From Selaginella moellendorffii (Eukaryota; Plantae; Lycopodiophyta), in contig NW_003314287.1 in NCBI RefSeq assembly GCF_000143415.4, positions 890,203-954,202 on the forward strand: a stretch of 64,000 nucleotides of DNA, written 5' to 3'. Shown in pieces: positions 24,294 to 34,299 of this stretch (position 1 is its first letter; every line of letters begins with the position of its first letter). The notes beneath the pieces were generated by a model. It was given only the letters and a program-made list of their open reading frames with translations, did not search any database and was not told where the DNA came from. The translations under genes and the position numbers were made by a program.

Positions 24294-24304
24294 ATCCAAC
24301 GGTC
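24294..24304. promoter_or_regulatory. MSA (mitosis-specific activator) element in a 161-bp bidirectional promoter
   Basis: ATCCAACGGTC matches the YCYAACGGYY consensus. It lies 60 bp from the SWIM gene ATG, next to a TATA-like TTATAAA. Confidence 0.55.
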
Positions 24305-24395
24305 ACGGTCGGAGGGGAATATTCCGCTAGATCTTGCTTAAATATTTAGGTAGCGAGGAAGGGCTTTTTTGTGGATCCAAGAGGGCGGCGAGACA

Positions 24396-25294
24396 ATGCA
24401 GGAGATCAAGAATGTGTCGCTGCTCGTCGTGATCTCCACCACCGTGCTCTTCCTCGTCGCGTTTGGCCTGGCGGTCGGAGCCGAATCGAAGCGCAGCACG
24501 GTATGTAGTGTGAAATTCTAGCCTTTCCGCTCCAAATCCTTGCCTAGAATGGGGAATTCTAGCCTCCCCGATGCCGCATTCTTCGCTGGCATCGCGAAAT
24601 ATCGCCAGAGATCCAGGAAATCGCTGATGATTCTTGGCTGTCGATCGATTTCCAGGCGGCCGTGGGGCACGATGACACTGGGACGCTCACCTATTGCGCC
24701 TACGGCAAGGATATCTCCACCGGGCTGGGAGCCGGCGCCTTCTTGTTCGTGCTGCTCGCTCAGGGGATTATAATGGGCGCTACCAAGTGTCTGTGCTGTG
24801 GAGCGCCTCTCAGCGACGGCAAACCAAGAACTCTAGCGATCTTCTTTTTCATATTCTCATGGTAAGCCATCTTTGTCTACTTTGTCCTTGCTTGGTTTTC
24901 TTACGAGCTCTCTTTTTTTCCCAGGATTTGCTTCTGCATTGCACAGATCTGCCTTGCCGGAGCCTCCGCTCGCAACTCCATCCACACGAATGGATTCGCG
25001 ACTCCAAACGAGCCTCTGGATTGCGTGGAGCTCCGGAGGGGGGTGTTTGGCGCCGCCGCCGCCTTCATCTTCTTCACCATGCTGCTCAGCGAGGCGTACT
25101 ACGTTTTCATCGTCAAGGCCAGAGAGGGCTCGTGGCAAGCTTTCGATGTCCGGGACTCGTTCAACTTCCGAGACTCTTTCAAGTTCAGTCGCAACTTCAA
25201 CCTCCGCGACTCCTTCAATTTCCGGGGTGGTGGATCCGTCGGCATGACTCCAACGGGAACTTCAGCCGGGCCTGGAACTGGAACTGCAAGCTAG
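24396..25294 (+). CDS. DUF1218 (MWL-like) multi-pass membrane protein
   Basis: Exons ~24396-24500, ~24656-24861 and ~24925-25294. Motifs: AFGLAVGAESKRST, YCAY...TGLG, TKCLCCG, C..LRRGVFGAAAAF. Confidence 0.88.
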
Positions 25295-26127
25295 CGTACC
25301 AATTCCTTCTTTTTCTCTTCTTCTTTTTACCCGGAGCCTGTTTTTTCCAGGAGCGGGGAGCTCCATATTCGATCTAGCTTGTCTATACGTACTATCGTCT
25401 ATCGTGTTAGTTGCTCAATCTCCTTCATGGTGTTGGTGGGAGGTTGGTCGATTCTGTAAGTTTCTTCCAGCTTCCAGTTTTCTATGCTTTATTCATTGTG
25501 AAGGAAGAAGCTTCGCTTTCCTACTGTTTGACAAAGCTGTGCTGCCATTTCACGTTGTTTATTTCCCTTCGCAATTGTTTAACGACATTGTTTCGTGATC
25601 GTAGCCGACGACTTTTAGACCAGCGTTCCACCAGAGCTCGAGAGAAACAATGAATGCTCCTGGTGTCACTCCTGTTGGTCAGTAGAGCTTAGAAATCACT
25701 CTCTCTGTTTCGAATTTGTCACTGATTAGCGGATGTTTGGCTTCCAGATCGACGAGACTGGCTCGTGTTTTGCCACCATCTTACATCTCAGCTCCAACCG
25801 AGACTTCACACATAAATCAACCGGTTGGGCCCCGTGAGATTTCTCGAGATGATACGCTCGTATTTCTCTTCGGCAGAAAAGTGATGCTCACACTATCAGG
25901 GATCTCAGGCGATTTCTTTGCTCTGGTGGTTGCCAAAGATTAAATGGAAAAATAAAAGTGCTTTTTTTCCTAATACCTTTGTCAACATCTTTTACAAAGT
26001 TTCGTGAATGCTGCCAGCAGTGATAATTCGATCGCTTGCTTTTGTTGACTTTCTTTTGGCGCACGATCCCTTATAAAAACCACGATTTATCTCGCAAGAC
26101 CGAGAGAGACGCGAAGCAAACAAACGA

Positions 26128-26411
26128 ATGGGGATGGAGGCGAAGCGAATGATCCTGTTGGCGATCGTCTCGTTATTCATCCTCCTTCCTTCGGTGAATG
26201 GCCGAGCTAGGCACACTCTCGTGGTAAAAACCATTTTTGTTTTCTGTTTGATTGACAAAGAATTGTATTTCAGCATGACGAAGATAATCATCCAAGCTTC
26301 TTCGCCAGGATTTCATATCTCCTGGGCGATGGCCGAGAGCCCCCGAGCTCCAACCGTTTCTTCAGGCCGAAATACGGCCCAAATGTTCCTATCCGCGGCT
26401 CAAACCCGTAA
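26128..26411 (+). CDS. Small secreted peptide precursor (77 aa)
   Basis: TATA box at ~26072; exons 26128-26223 and 26274-26411. Product MGMEAKRMILLAIVSLFILLPSVNG-RARHTLVHDEDNHPSFFARISYLLGDGREPPSSNRFFRPKYGPNVPIRGSNP has a clear signal peptide. Confidence 0.72.
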
Positions 26412-26476
26412 GAAATTCCCAGCTCTTACAAATGAAGAAAGACAATGTCGTCAATGCTTGTAGTAGATCTTCCTTC

Positions 26477-27022
26477 CTAGGCTGCTGGTTTAGTAGCACT
26501 GTGTTCTTCGTTTTGCTCGCCACCATTCTTGGCATCAGCGTCTAGCGATGGTGCTATTGCCAATCCAGCAGGATAAGAATCAGGCGGGACGGGATCGAGC
26601 GTCGAGGTCACGAGCAGCAGCTTCTCAAACGCGAGCTCAAACTTGTCGATGGTCGAGTAGATCTGGCCGGGCTCCAGCAGCAGCTCGCAGATTCTCTGGA
26701 GCGTGAAGGGCGCCGCGTCCTCGAACGAGGCGAGCTGGGTCGCGAGCCTCTTGAGGACACTGTAGACGGCCTTCTCGCCGTCGGCGCCATTTGCCTCATT
26801 GCTGGTGGGGGGAGCGCTGCTCGCGGTGTCGAGGTAGAGCCTCTTGACGACTTGGTTCAATCGAAACTGGAGGAGCTGCCTTAGGTGATGCCAATCGTGC
26901 CAGTACTTACCGCTCGTGGCGCTCATCGACACGATCCGCCGGAGCTCCGGAGTGAAGTCCATGGAGGATCCATCGGTGCCGCTGCACAACGCGGCCAGTG
27001 AGGCATTATCGTCCTCCCACAT
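26477..27022 (-). CDS. Protein phosphatase 4 regulatory subunit 2-like (PP4R2), intronless
   Basis: TSGKYWHDW..LR.LL..RL..V and F..AAPFTLQRICELLLEP...Y....K...AFEKLLLVTST form the PPP4R2 signature. Confidence 0.88.
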   Translation of the reverse strand: MWEDDNASLAALCSGTDGSSMDFTPELRRIVSMSATSGKYWHDWHHLRQLLQFRLNQVVKRLYLDTASSAPPTSNEANGADGEKAVYSVLKRLATQLASFEDAAPFTLQRICELLLEPGQIYSTIDKFELAFEKLLLVTSTLDPVPPDSYPAGLAIAPSLDADAKNGGEQNEEHSATKPAA

Positions 27023-28255
27023 TGCTCAATCTTTAGGGTTCTTGGCCATGTTAATATGCAGTTAAGCTCTGAGACAGTGATTAAATTTTTTAAAAAAGGT
27101 TCATTTGAAGTGCAAATTATGGATTATGAATTATTAATATTATTACTAATTTGTAAAGTGATTAAGATCTAAGATGATGCTAATTCACTAATACTGATTG
27201 CATCAGCGAAAGAAGCTCCTGTCCACCATCTATATTTATCTATGTTTTAAAGCATCAACTTGATAAATTTCATCCAAAAAACAAATTTGGCTCTATTAGA
27301 ATAAATTTTTGCTCCAAGATTGCAATCCACGGTGTGATTCTTGAGGGTAACAGGCACCACTAAAATCAATAAATCCTGTTTATAGAAAAACTTAAAAAAT
27401 AATTTAAAATATTTATTTAAAACACTCACTATAAGATTGTAGATCATTATGAACATTCAAGTCCAAAACAATTTGAGTAACAAATGCACATTGTCCTTCA
27501 ATAATATTCAATTGAATACATCCCAACACTTAATCCAACAGTAACAATTTTTCTAGCACCCAAATTATATAACATCTATTTATTATACAAATCACAAAAA
27601 TATATTATTATATTTACCTGAAGTTCATCAATAAAACTATCAATAATAGTTCATTCATAAAAATACAAGAATTTTAAAATACTTATAATACATTTGTGAA
27701 AGAATTCCAGACCCATCTAAACCAAAATTAACACCTTGGAAGAATACTATTTCCAATTTAAAAATAAGCTTGTGGAAGTAGTTAAAAAAATATAAAATAA
27801 AAATATTGAAGTAATAAAATTAAAATCACTTACCCATATAGTCAACAAGCAAATAACCATTACCAAATCTAATCACTTGACCACATGAATCACTAGCATC
27901 AACAAAAGAATCTCCAAATGCAAATAATTCTCGAACTGAGGAATTTGTTTGCTGGGAAAACACAAAGTGCTGAAAAGCTTAGAAATAAGAATGTAAAAGC
28001 CATTTCTTAGAATATATAAAATGAAATTGTGGTCTGCCTTTTATACTACAAAAACTTATAATTTTAGTGATCTAAACATAAAAGAATCAATGGTGATAAG
28101 TCAATGGTTGGTGGTGGTGACGCTGCCACCTCCCAGTCAATAACAAGTGCATGCATTTTCTTCGAAGACACTCCGAGAACTTGTCAACACGGATCCTGCC
28201 AGAATTTAAATAAATATGTAAATCAAGAGAGGAGGCAGCAAGAAGAGCAAGTACA

Positions 28256-28564
28256 ATGAAATTGATCCTCAAGCTCGTTCTTGTTTGCATTTTGTCAGGT
28301 AAGTTGTTGATGATTTGTTTGGTAACTTTGTGGAAATTCATGATATTGGTTGGATCAGCTGCTACTGCAGTGGAAATGGTAAGTTTTTGATCTTGTATTT
28401 CTCTTCCTGTCTCAGGAATGCTTGCTCCTCTGAAGCAGGCTAGATTGGGAATTGAAACATCACAATGTCTGGAGTGCACGCCACCAGCTCATATTGAAAC
28501 AGCACAATGCCCGGAGTGCAGGCCACCAGTTAGACCCCCTCCAGGACCTGGAATCAATCCATGA
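28256..28564 (+). CDS. Small secreted Cys/Pro-rich peptide precursor (62 aa)
   Basis: Exons 28256-28298, 28359-28378 and 28439-28564, with two 60-nt GTAAG...AG introns. Product MKLILKLVLVCILSAATAVEMARLGIETSQCLECTPPAHIETAQCPECRPPVRPPPGPGINP. Confidence 0.7.
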
Positions 28565-28631
28565 AACTTTCAAGAGAAAAAAACTTATCTTTGTAGAAAA
28601 CTCTGAGCTTTTGTTTATGCGAACTCTCTAG

Positions 28632-29339
28632 CTAGAGACGAAACAAAGCGGCCAAAGTCGTAAATAGCAAAATGAAGGTACGACTGGTAGGAGGAGCGCG
28701 ATACTCAACTGAGGAGAAGCTTGCAGAGGATGATGTCGAATTCGTCGTCGTGGTGTCGCTCGAGCTGGAGTTGGAGTGCGTCGGGGTGCTGTCGTTCTTG
28801 GCGGCCCCGGCAGCGTCGCGCAGTGCGTAGGCCTGGTTGAGCACCCGGTCGATGCTGATAACACCCAGCGTCCCCGGGCTCTGGACGTTTCCCTGGATGA
28901 TAGCAGGCTTCGTGAGCGAGCTCCGATTTGAGTCGATGATCCTCATGTCTCCTCTCGTGTCCACCGTTATGAGAAAGCTCCGGCGGGGCAGCAGCGTCTC
29001 GACACGGGTCGTGGAGTTGGACTTGAAGCGCTGGAGGTCAAGATAGTCGCTGGTGGCGTGAAACTTGCAAAGGTCGGACATGAGGTCCATCATCGACGGG
29101 TCCACTCTGAGCTGGAAGATAAGGTCCCGCAGGAGCTTGCTGTTGTCCGGCACAAACAGGGTCGCGGACTCCATGTTGTCGATCACCTCCGCGACAGACG
29201 TCTCCGTGAGGAGCGTGTTGAAGTTGCTAAACTCGGGATAGTGGCTTAGAATGGTGGTGAGGTTGCGTGGTAAGGCCACAACTTTGCTGCTGCTCCACAC
29301 GGCACAGACGTAGGCGATGACGACGAGAATGGCAGCCAT
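28632..29339 (-). CDS. Fasciclin-like arabinogalactan-type protein, likely GPI-anchored
   Basis: Signal peptide; NLTTILS..PEFSNFN.LL; TLFVPDNS (H1); VISIDRVL (H2); Ser/Thr-rich linker; hydrophobic C-terminus. Confidence 0.9.
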   Translation of the reverse strand: MAAILVVIAYVCAVWSSSKVVALPRNLTTILSHYPEFSNFNTLLTETSVAEVIDNMESATLFVPDNSKLLRDLIFQLRVDPSMMDLMSDLCKFHATSDYLDLQRFKSNSTTRVETLLPRRSFLITVDTRGDMRIIDSNRSSLTKPAIIQGNVQSPGTLGVISIDRVLNQAYALRDAAGAAKNDSTPTHSNSSSSDTTTTNSTSSSASFSSVEYRAPPTSRTFILLFTTLAALFRL

Positions 29340-29699
29340 GGTGCACCAGAGACCTGTTTCTTTTTGTTGTTTTGTCAGGTAACGACGAAATCGAGAAACT
29401 TACTTGAAGCATTCGCAAGCGGCACCGTCTCTGGATTCTCTGGGTCTGGAATTTATAAGTTTGTATTTGGCGGCAGATGGAAGGCCAAACATTGAGCTTC
29501 ACCACGCCTCAACTTCTCGTGTGGCGACTCTATAGCTTACTTGCCGAGAATATTGGAGCCAGTCTCACCTATGCTTGACGCAGTTGCTAACTCCCACAAA
29601 AATACCACGCGTTCCTCCAACCAAGACAAGCTACCTGATAAAAACAGCATATCAGAACAAATGACATAAGCAAAGATGAATGAAAAACATACCCAGCTC

Positions 29700-31556
29700 T
29701 TATATAGTGACAGCACCGACTCTACTCTCCAGTTCGTCAGTATCTCCAACCTCTTCGTTCGGGCCGTCGTTCTCATCAATTTCTTCTGCTTCGTCTTCTT
29801 CATCACCCAGCTCGTTATCTTCCAAGGGAGCTAGCACTGAAGTTCCGACTCCGCTTGCAAGCACTGACCTGACAGAGGCCAATCCCTTCGCAGAGATATG
29901 GTTGGACTCCAGAATGAGTAGCTTAAAGCGCGGCTTGGTTGTCACGGCCTTGGCAGCAGCAATGGCACCATCACTTCCAACGTCATTTAGCGTGAAGTCC
30001 AGCTCCTCTAAGTCATCGTGGCCTTGTCTCAGAGCGTTCGAAACAAGAATCACACCTTTGTCTTTCAGTTCGTTCTCTGCTAGGCTCAGCTTCTTCAGTG
30101 CGGCCTTCTTCTCCAAGAAGCGCACGAGATGCGGTGCACAGCTCGTACTTATGTCGTTGTTTCCCAGGTCCAAAACGCTTAGCTTTGGAGCCGTGGTCTC
30201 TAGAGCCTCCAGCACTGCTTGCACCCCGGCATTTTGCAATCCCAAATCACTTAAGTAGAGCTCCTCGAGTAAAGGCTGCGTCCTAAAAGCTTTTCCGAGA
30301 GCAAAACCTCCCTCCTCCCCAAAGATGTTGTCTCTCAAGTCGAGTTTCTTCAAGCTCGAACAAGCCTGGAGAGCCTCCGCCAATGCTACTGCTCCCTTGG
30401 TACCCACTCTACTGGAGGAGAGCTTGAAGTCCTCCAAGGCAGTAGCCTGACGGACGAGGCTGGCAATCCTTTCGGCCCCGAGATCACCACTCATGTTGTT
30501 GTGGAAGTGAAGAGTCCGGAGCTTGCTGCCTGAAACAAGCTCCACGATTGCCTTTGCAGCATCCGATGAAATCCCGTTGTTCTCAAAGCGAAGGTCCTCG
30601 AGATGCTTCTGGGACTTCAGCAATGACCCAAACGCCCGGACACCTTTCTCCCCGAGAGCGTTGTTGGAGAGATAGAGAAACCTCAAGTCGCTGCCTTCCA
30701 GAGCCGCCGAGAAGATAGACATCACGTCCAAAGCCTCGGGCTCTGGTCTTCCAGCCACGATATCCGAGAGATCAGCCCCGACCAGCCTCTCCTTACACCT
30801 CGAGAGCAGTCTTCCAGCAAACTCCGCAGCTTCCTTCGTGAATGCCCGATTGCTCAAACGAACTTTCGTGAAGCCATGATCAGGATCAACCAGCAGCTGG
30901 AACACCTCCTCGGCTTTTTCTCGATCGAGCACGTCCCTGCTTCCACCGGAGATATCGAAGAGCTGGGGATCAACTTTAGTAGCTAGCGGGGGAGTGGAAG
31001 CAGAATCTCCAGTATCTTCCATCACCTCTTTCACGGCAGTCGTCACGGAAGAGGCATCTTTTTCTTGCCCAGTACTATCGATGGCGGTTTGAGCTTCCTC
31101 GGCCTTTTCCTTCTCTTTCTCTGGAAGCTTACCCGTCTTGAGAACCTCGAGCATCATCCGGCTCGCTTGCTTGGCGTAGATCCTCACGGCAGAGCTACCA
31201 TTGTTCCTGCCGCTCCCAGAAACCCCGGATACTTCTTGATCCTCCCTCTCTCCCTCCTCGAAGGCGCGCTCCTCCACCAATGCCGCTACCCGGGCGGCCT
31301 CTTGCGGCTCCACCGGCTGATAGAATGTCGACAGAGACTTGAGATTCTCGGCCATGCGATTCACGACATGCGATCTTGTGCGCGCGCCCGGCGGCCATAG
31401 CCGTATCGAGACCTCGCTCGCCGCTCCTCCGGCTGCATTTTCTTGGAAATAAATCTCTGGCAAGAAGAATCGATCATCAAACTTACGCGATGGCTTGCTG
31501 CGCAGATCGCTGGAGGACGCTTCCTTGGATGCCGGCACAACCGCCGGAGAGACCAT
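29700..31556 (-). CDS. RANGAP: Ran GTPase-activating protein (WPP domain + LRR + acidic tail)
   Basis: SIRLWPP...TR..VVNRM..NL; DLSDIVAGRPE; LSNNALGEKGVRAF; LHFHNNMSGD; acidic C-terminus. First ATG at 31556. Confidence 0.96.
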   Translation of the reverse strand: MVSPAVVPASKEASSSDLRSKPSRKFDDRFFLPEIYFQENAAGGAASEVSIRLWPPGARTRSHVVNRMAENLKSLSTFYQPVEPQEAARVAALVEERAFEEGEREDQEVSGVSGSGRNNGSSAVRIYAKQASRMMLEVLKTGKLPEKEKEKAEEAQTAIDSTGQEKDASSVTTAVKEVMEDTGDSASTPPLATKVDPQLFDISGGSRDVLDREKAEEVFQLLVDPDHGFTKVRLSNRAFTKEAAEFAGRLLSRCKERLVGADLSDIVAGRPEPEALDVMSIFSAALEGSDLRFLYLSNNALGEKGVRAFGSLLKSQKHLEDLRFENNGISSDAAKAIVELVSGSKLRTLHFHNNMSGDLGAERIASLVRQATALEDFKLSSSRVGTKGAVALAEALQACSSLKKLDLRDNIFGEEGGFALGKAFRTQPLLEELYLSDLGLQNAGVQAVLEALETTAPKLSVLDLGNNDISTSCAPHLVRFLEKKAALKKLSLAENELKDKGVILVSNALRQGHDDLEELDFTLNDVGSDGAIAAAKAVTTKPRFKLLILESNHISAKGLASVRSVLASGVGTSVLAPLEDNELGDEEDEAEEIDENDGPNEEVGDTDELESRVGAVTI

Positions 31557-31643
31557 CGCCAAGGCCCTAGAAGGAGAAAGCGCTCCCGCCGATAGAAATC
31601 TTAGGGCTCTTGGTGCAATTTTAGGGTTCTTGGGTCAAAATTT

Positions 31644-32078
31644 TTATACAAACAAACTATCAAACTCGTCCAAGCTGGGAGCTTCTTTCTTGTAATCATA
31701 GATGACAACCGCTCTTCCCACCGGAGCTCTACCTAGAACTGGCTGAAATCCAGCGTCTGGTAAATCCCCCATAGCCCATTGGCACTGAATTCTCACCGCC
31801 CGCCATATCTTGCCCCGATCACTCGTGTTGCGGAGATGGAATACCTCGTCTGGCGCTTCCGGGCACCGGACGCATCCTGGAGCAGCAGCAACCATCGCAT
31901 TGACGATCGCAATCTTGGTTTGCCCTTGCTGCGGGTTTCGTGCTTGTAATCCAGCGTCGTCCCAGAGAACCACAAGGATCAAATCGTCGCGAAGAGCACG
32001 CCCCATTGCAACAAGGACGTGATCCCTGAGCTCTCCACGAATTCCATACCTCTCCAGCTCATCGCGCAAAGCAAGCAT
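31644..32078 (-). CDS. Hypothetical 144-aa protein, no recognised family
   Basis: ATG-initiated ORF fills the gap between RanGAP and a PPR gene. Composition looks globular, and telobox-like motifs lie upstream. Confidence 0.55.
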   Translation of the reverse strand: MLALRDELERYGIRGELRDHVLVAMGRALRDDLILVVLWDDAGLQARNPQQGQTKIAIVNAMVAAAPGCVRCPEAPDEVFHLRNTSDRGKIWRAVRIQCQWAMGDLPDAGFQPVLGRAPVGRAVVIYDYKKEAPSLDEFDSLFV

Positions 32079-32128
32079 AAACCCTGAGCGAAGAACCCTA
32101 AAAATCCAAATTTTAGGGTTCTTGAGGC

Positions 32129-34132
32129 ATGGCGACGCTGGAGGATTCGCTCGCCGCGCAGATCCGCTCCTGCCGCCGCGGAGCTGGCTTAAACCAAGGC
32201 AAGTTGCTGCATTCTCGGATTTCCACCACAGGCCTTGATCGCCAGACTTACATTGGCAATCTTCTCGTCCAGATGTACGGGCGGCTGGGCAGCACCCGCG
32301 ACGCGAGGACGGCGTTCGATGCGATCTACCGGCGCAACGTTTTCTCCTGGAATCTCTTGATCGGCGCCTACTGCAGCAATGGCCGCCATGGCGAGGCGCT
32401 CGATCTCTTCCAGGCGATGATCCGCGAGGCGGCAGTGGATCCCAATCACATCACCTACATCGGGGTCGTGAGCGCGTGCTCCTGGCTGGGTGATCTTGCG
32501 CGGGGTCGGGAGATCCACGCGAGGATCGTCGCGGATGGGCTCGGCGATTCTCATGTGTTCTTGGAAAATTCTCTCATCACCATGTATGGGAGGTGTGGGA
32601 GCTTGGAGGAGGCCAGGGGGATTTTCCAGAGGATGGCGAAGAAGGATACCGGGTCTTGGAATGCCCTCATGGCCGCTTGCGTGGAGAATGGGAGAGAGGC
32701 CGAGGCTGTGGAGCTTTACAGGGAGATGGACGTAGCAGCGGATGGAATCACTCTCACCACTGTTCTTGGCGCTTGCTCCAGATCGATCACCGATGGACGA
32801 GACATCCACAGGGACATCTGGGCGACGACGTTTCGATCGGATACGTCGGTGACTACCGCGCTGGTGACGATGTATGGGAGGAATGGAAGCTTGGCCGAGG
32901 CAAGGGAGGTGTTTGAGAGGATCCGGGACAAGAATGTGGTGGCCTGGACGTCCATGATCGTGGCTTGCGTCCACAATGGAGCGTATGTGGAGGCGCTCAC
33001 GCTCAAGAGACGGATGGACCTGGAAGGGGTGAAAGCAAACTCCGTCACCTTTGCGTCCGCGCTTGATGCTTGCTCCGGGGCTGGCTCGCTGGCCGATGGA
33101 AGGCTTCTCGAAAGTAGTTTAAGCGCTCAAGGACTCGAACGTGATCTCGTGCTCGGGACCGCTCTCATCGACATGTATGGGAAGTGCGGGAAGCCGGACG
33201 ATGCAGCGGCGGTGTTCGCGAAGCTCAAGTTCAAGAGTTTGATCGCGTGGAACGCGATGATCGGTGCGTGGTCTCACAACGTCCGCGGGAGAGAGGCGAT
33301 GCAGTTGTTCTGTAGAATGGACCAGGAAGGGATTGAAAAGGATAGGATCACTTATCTCAACATCCTCGAAGCTCTTGGTCACGGATCGTTTCTACGCGAA
33401 GCAAAGGTCATCCACGCTCGGATAGTTGCCTCGGGTCTAGACTCCGAGGTAGCCATCGGCAACGCGATCGTCAACATGTATGGCAAGGCCGGCAGCCTCG
33501 CCGCTGCGAAGCTCGCGTTTGATGGACTCAAGCTCCGCGACGTGGTTTCATGGACAAGTATCATCGCAGCTTACTCGCGACAGGGGAGGCACAGAGAAGT
33601 TCCAGCGCTGTCCTGGGAAATGCATCTAGAAGGAGTGAAAGCAAACGGGATTACGTTCGTGCACATCCTGCACGCCTTCAGCCATTCGGGACTCGTCAGA
33701 GAAGGCTGCCTTTGCTTTGCCTCGATGATGGTGGATCACGGACTTCATGCGACTCGTGAGCTCTGCGGCTGCATGGTCGATCTGCTGGGGAAAGCGGGAT
33801 GGATTCTGGAGGCCCAGGACATGATCAACGCTATGCCTTTCCAGCCTGACGCTGTTTCCTGGACGAGCTTGCTCAACGCTTGTGTCATCCACTCGGAAGT
33901 TCCGGATCGAGCTCGACACGCCGCAGCCGGTGCATACAAGCTGGAAGACAAGGACTTTGGTGCTCCTTATATCGCGCTTTCCAATCTCTACTTCACTCAG
34001 TCTTCATCTCAAGGTACTTCTCTATCGTGTTCTTTTCTCTCTTTAACTTCTTCTTGCAGGATCATCGTGAAATTCGCGCTATCCAGTCTCTACTTCACTC
34101 AGCCATGGATTCTCCACTTAGACCTCAGGTAA
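32129..34132 (+). CDS. PLS-class PPR protein with E domain, no DYW
   Basis: P-L-S triplets (NSLITMYGRCGSLEEAR, VVAWTSMI); CMVDLLGKAG...MPFQPDAVSWTSLL...PYIALSNLY. The 3' end is rearranged. Confidence 0.93.
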   Translation: MATLEDSLAAQIRSCRRGAGLNQGKLLHSRISTTGLDRQTYIGNLLVQMYGRLGSTRDARTAFDAIYRRNVFSWNLLIGAYCSNGRHGEALDLFQAMIREAAVDPNHITYIGVVSACSWLGDLARGREIHARIVADGLGDSHVFLENSLITMYGRCGSLEEARGIFQRMAKKDTGSWNALMAACVENGREAEAVELYREMDVAADGITLTTVLGACSRSITDGRDIHRDIWATTFRSDTSVTTALVTMYGRNGSLAEAREVFERIRDKNVVAWTSMIVACVHNGAYVEALTLKRRMDLEGVKANSVTFASALDACSGAGSLADGRLLESSLSAQGLERDLVLGTALIDMYGKCGKPDDAAAVFAKLKFKSLIAWNAMIGAWSHNVRGREAMQLFCRMDQEGIEKDRITYLNILEALGHGSFLREAKVIHARIVASGLDSEVAIGNAIVNMYGKAGSLAAAKLAFDGLKLRDVVSWTSIIAAYSRQGRHREVPALSWEMHLEGVKANGITFVHILHAFSHSGLVREGCLCFASMMVDHGLHATRELCGCMVDLLGKAGWILEAQDMINAMPFQPDAVSWTSLLNACVIHSEVPDRARHAAAGAYKLEDKDFGAPYIALSNLYFTQSSSQGTSLSCSFLSLTSSCRIIVKFALSSLYFTQPWILHLDLR

Positions 34133-34278
34133 GAGTGATCCTGGGTCTCTCTCTCCTCAGTGGTCACGCTTGGGAAGTTCGATGCTCTACACATTGGCGA
34201 AAGCTTCACGAATGGGGCCTCCGGTTCTTCTCTCTTTCACGGGAATGGGAGAAATCCTTGGCTGGGACAAGAGGTAAC
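34101..34278 (+). pseudogene. Partial, deleted duplicate of FAD synthetase exons 1-2
   Basis: Near-identical to ~35936-36210 (GCCATGGATTCTCCAC...CAGGTAAGAG; GGGAATGGGAGAAATCCTTGGCTGGGACAAGAGGTAAC). A deletion destroys the HxGH motif. Confidence 0.9.
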
Positions 34279-34299
34279 GCGTTTAAATTTTTCTAGTTC

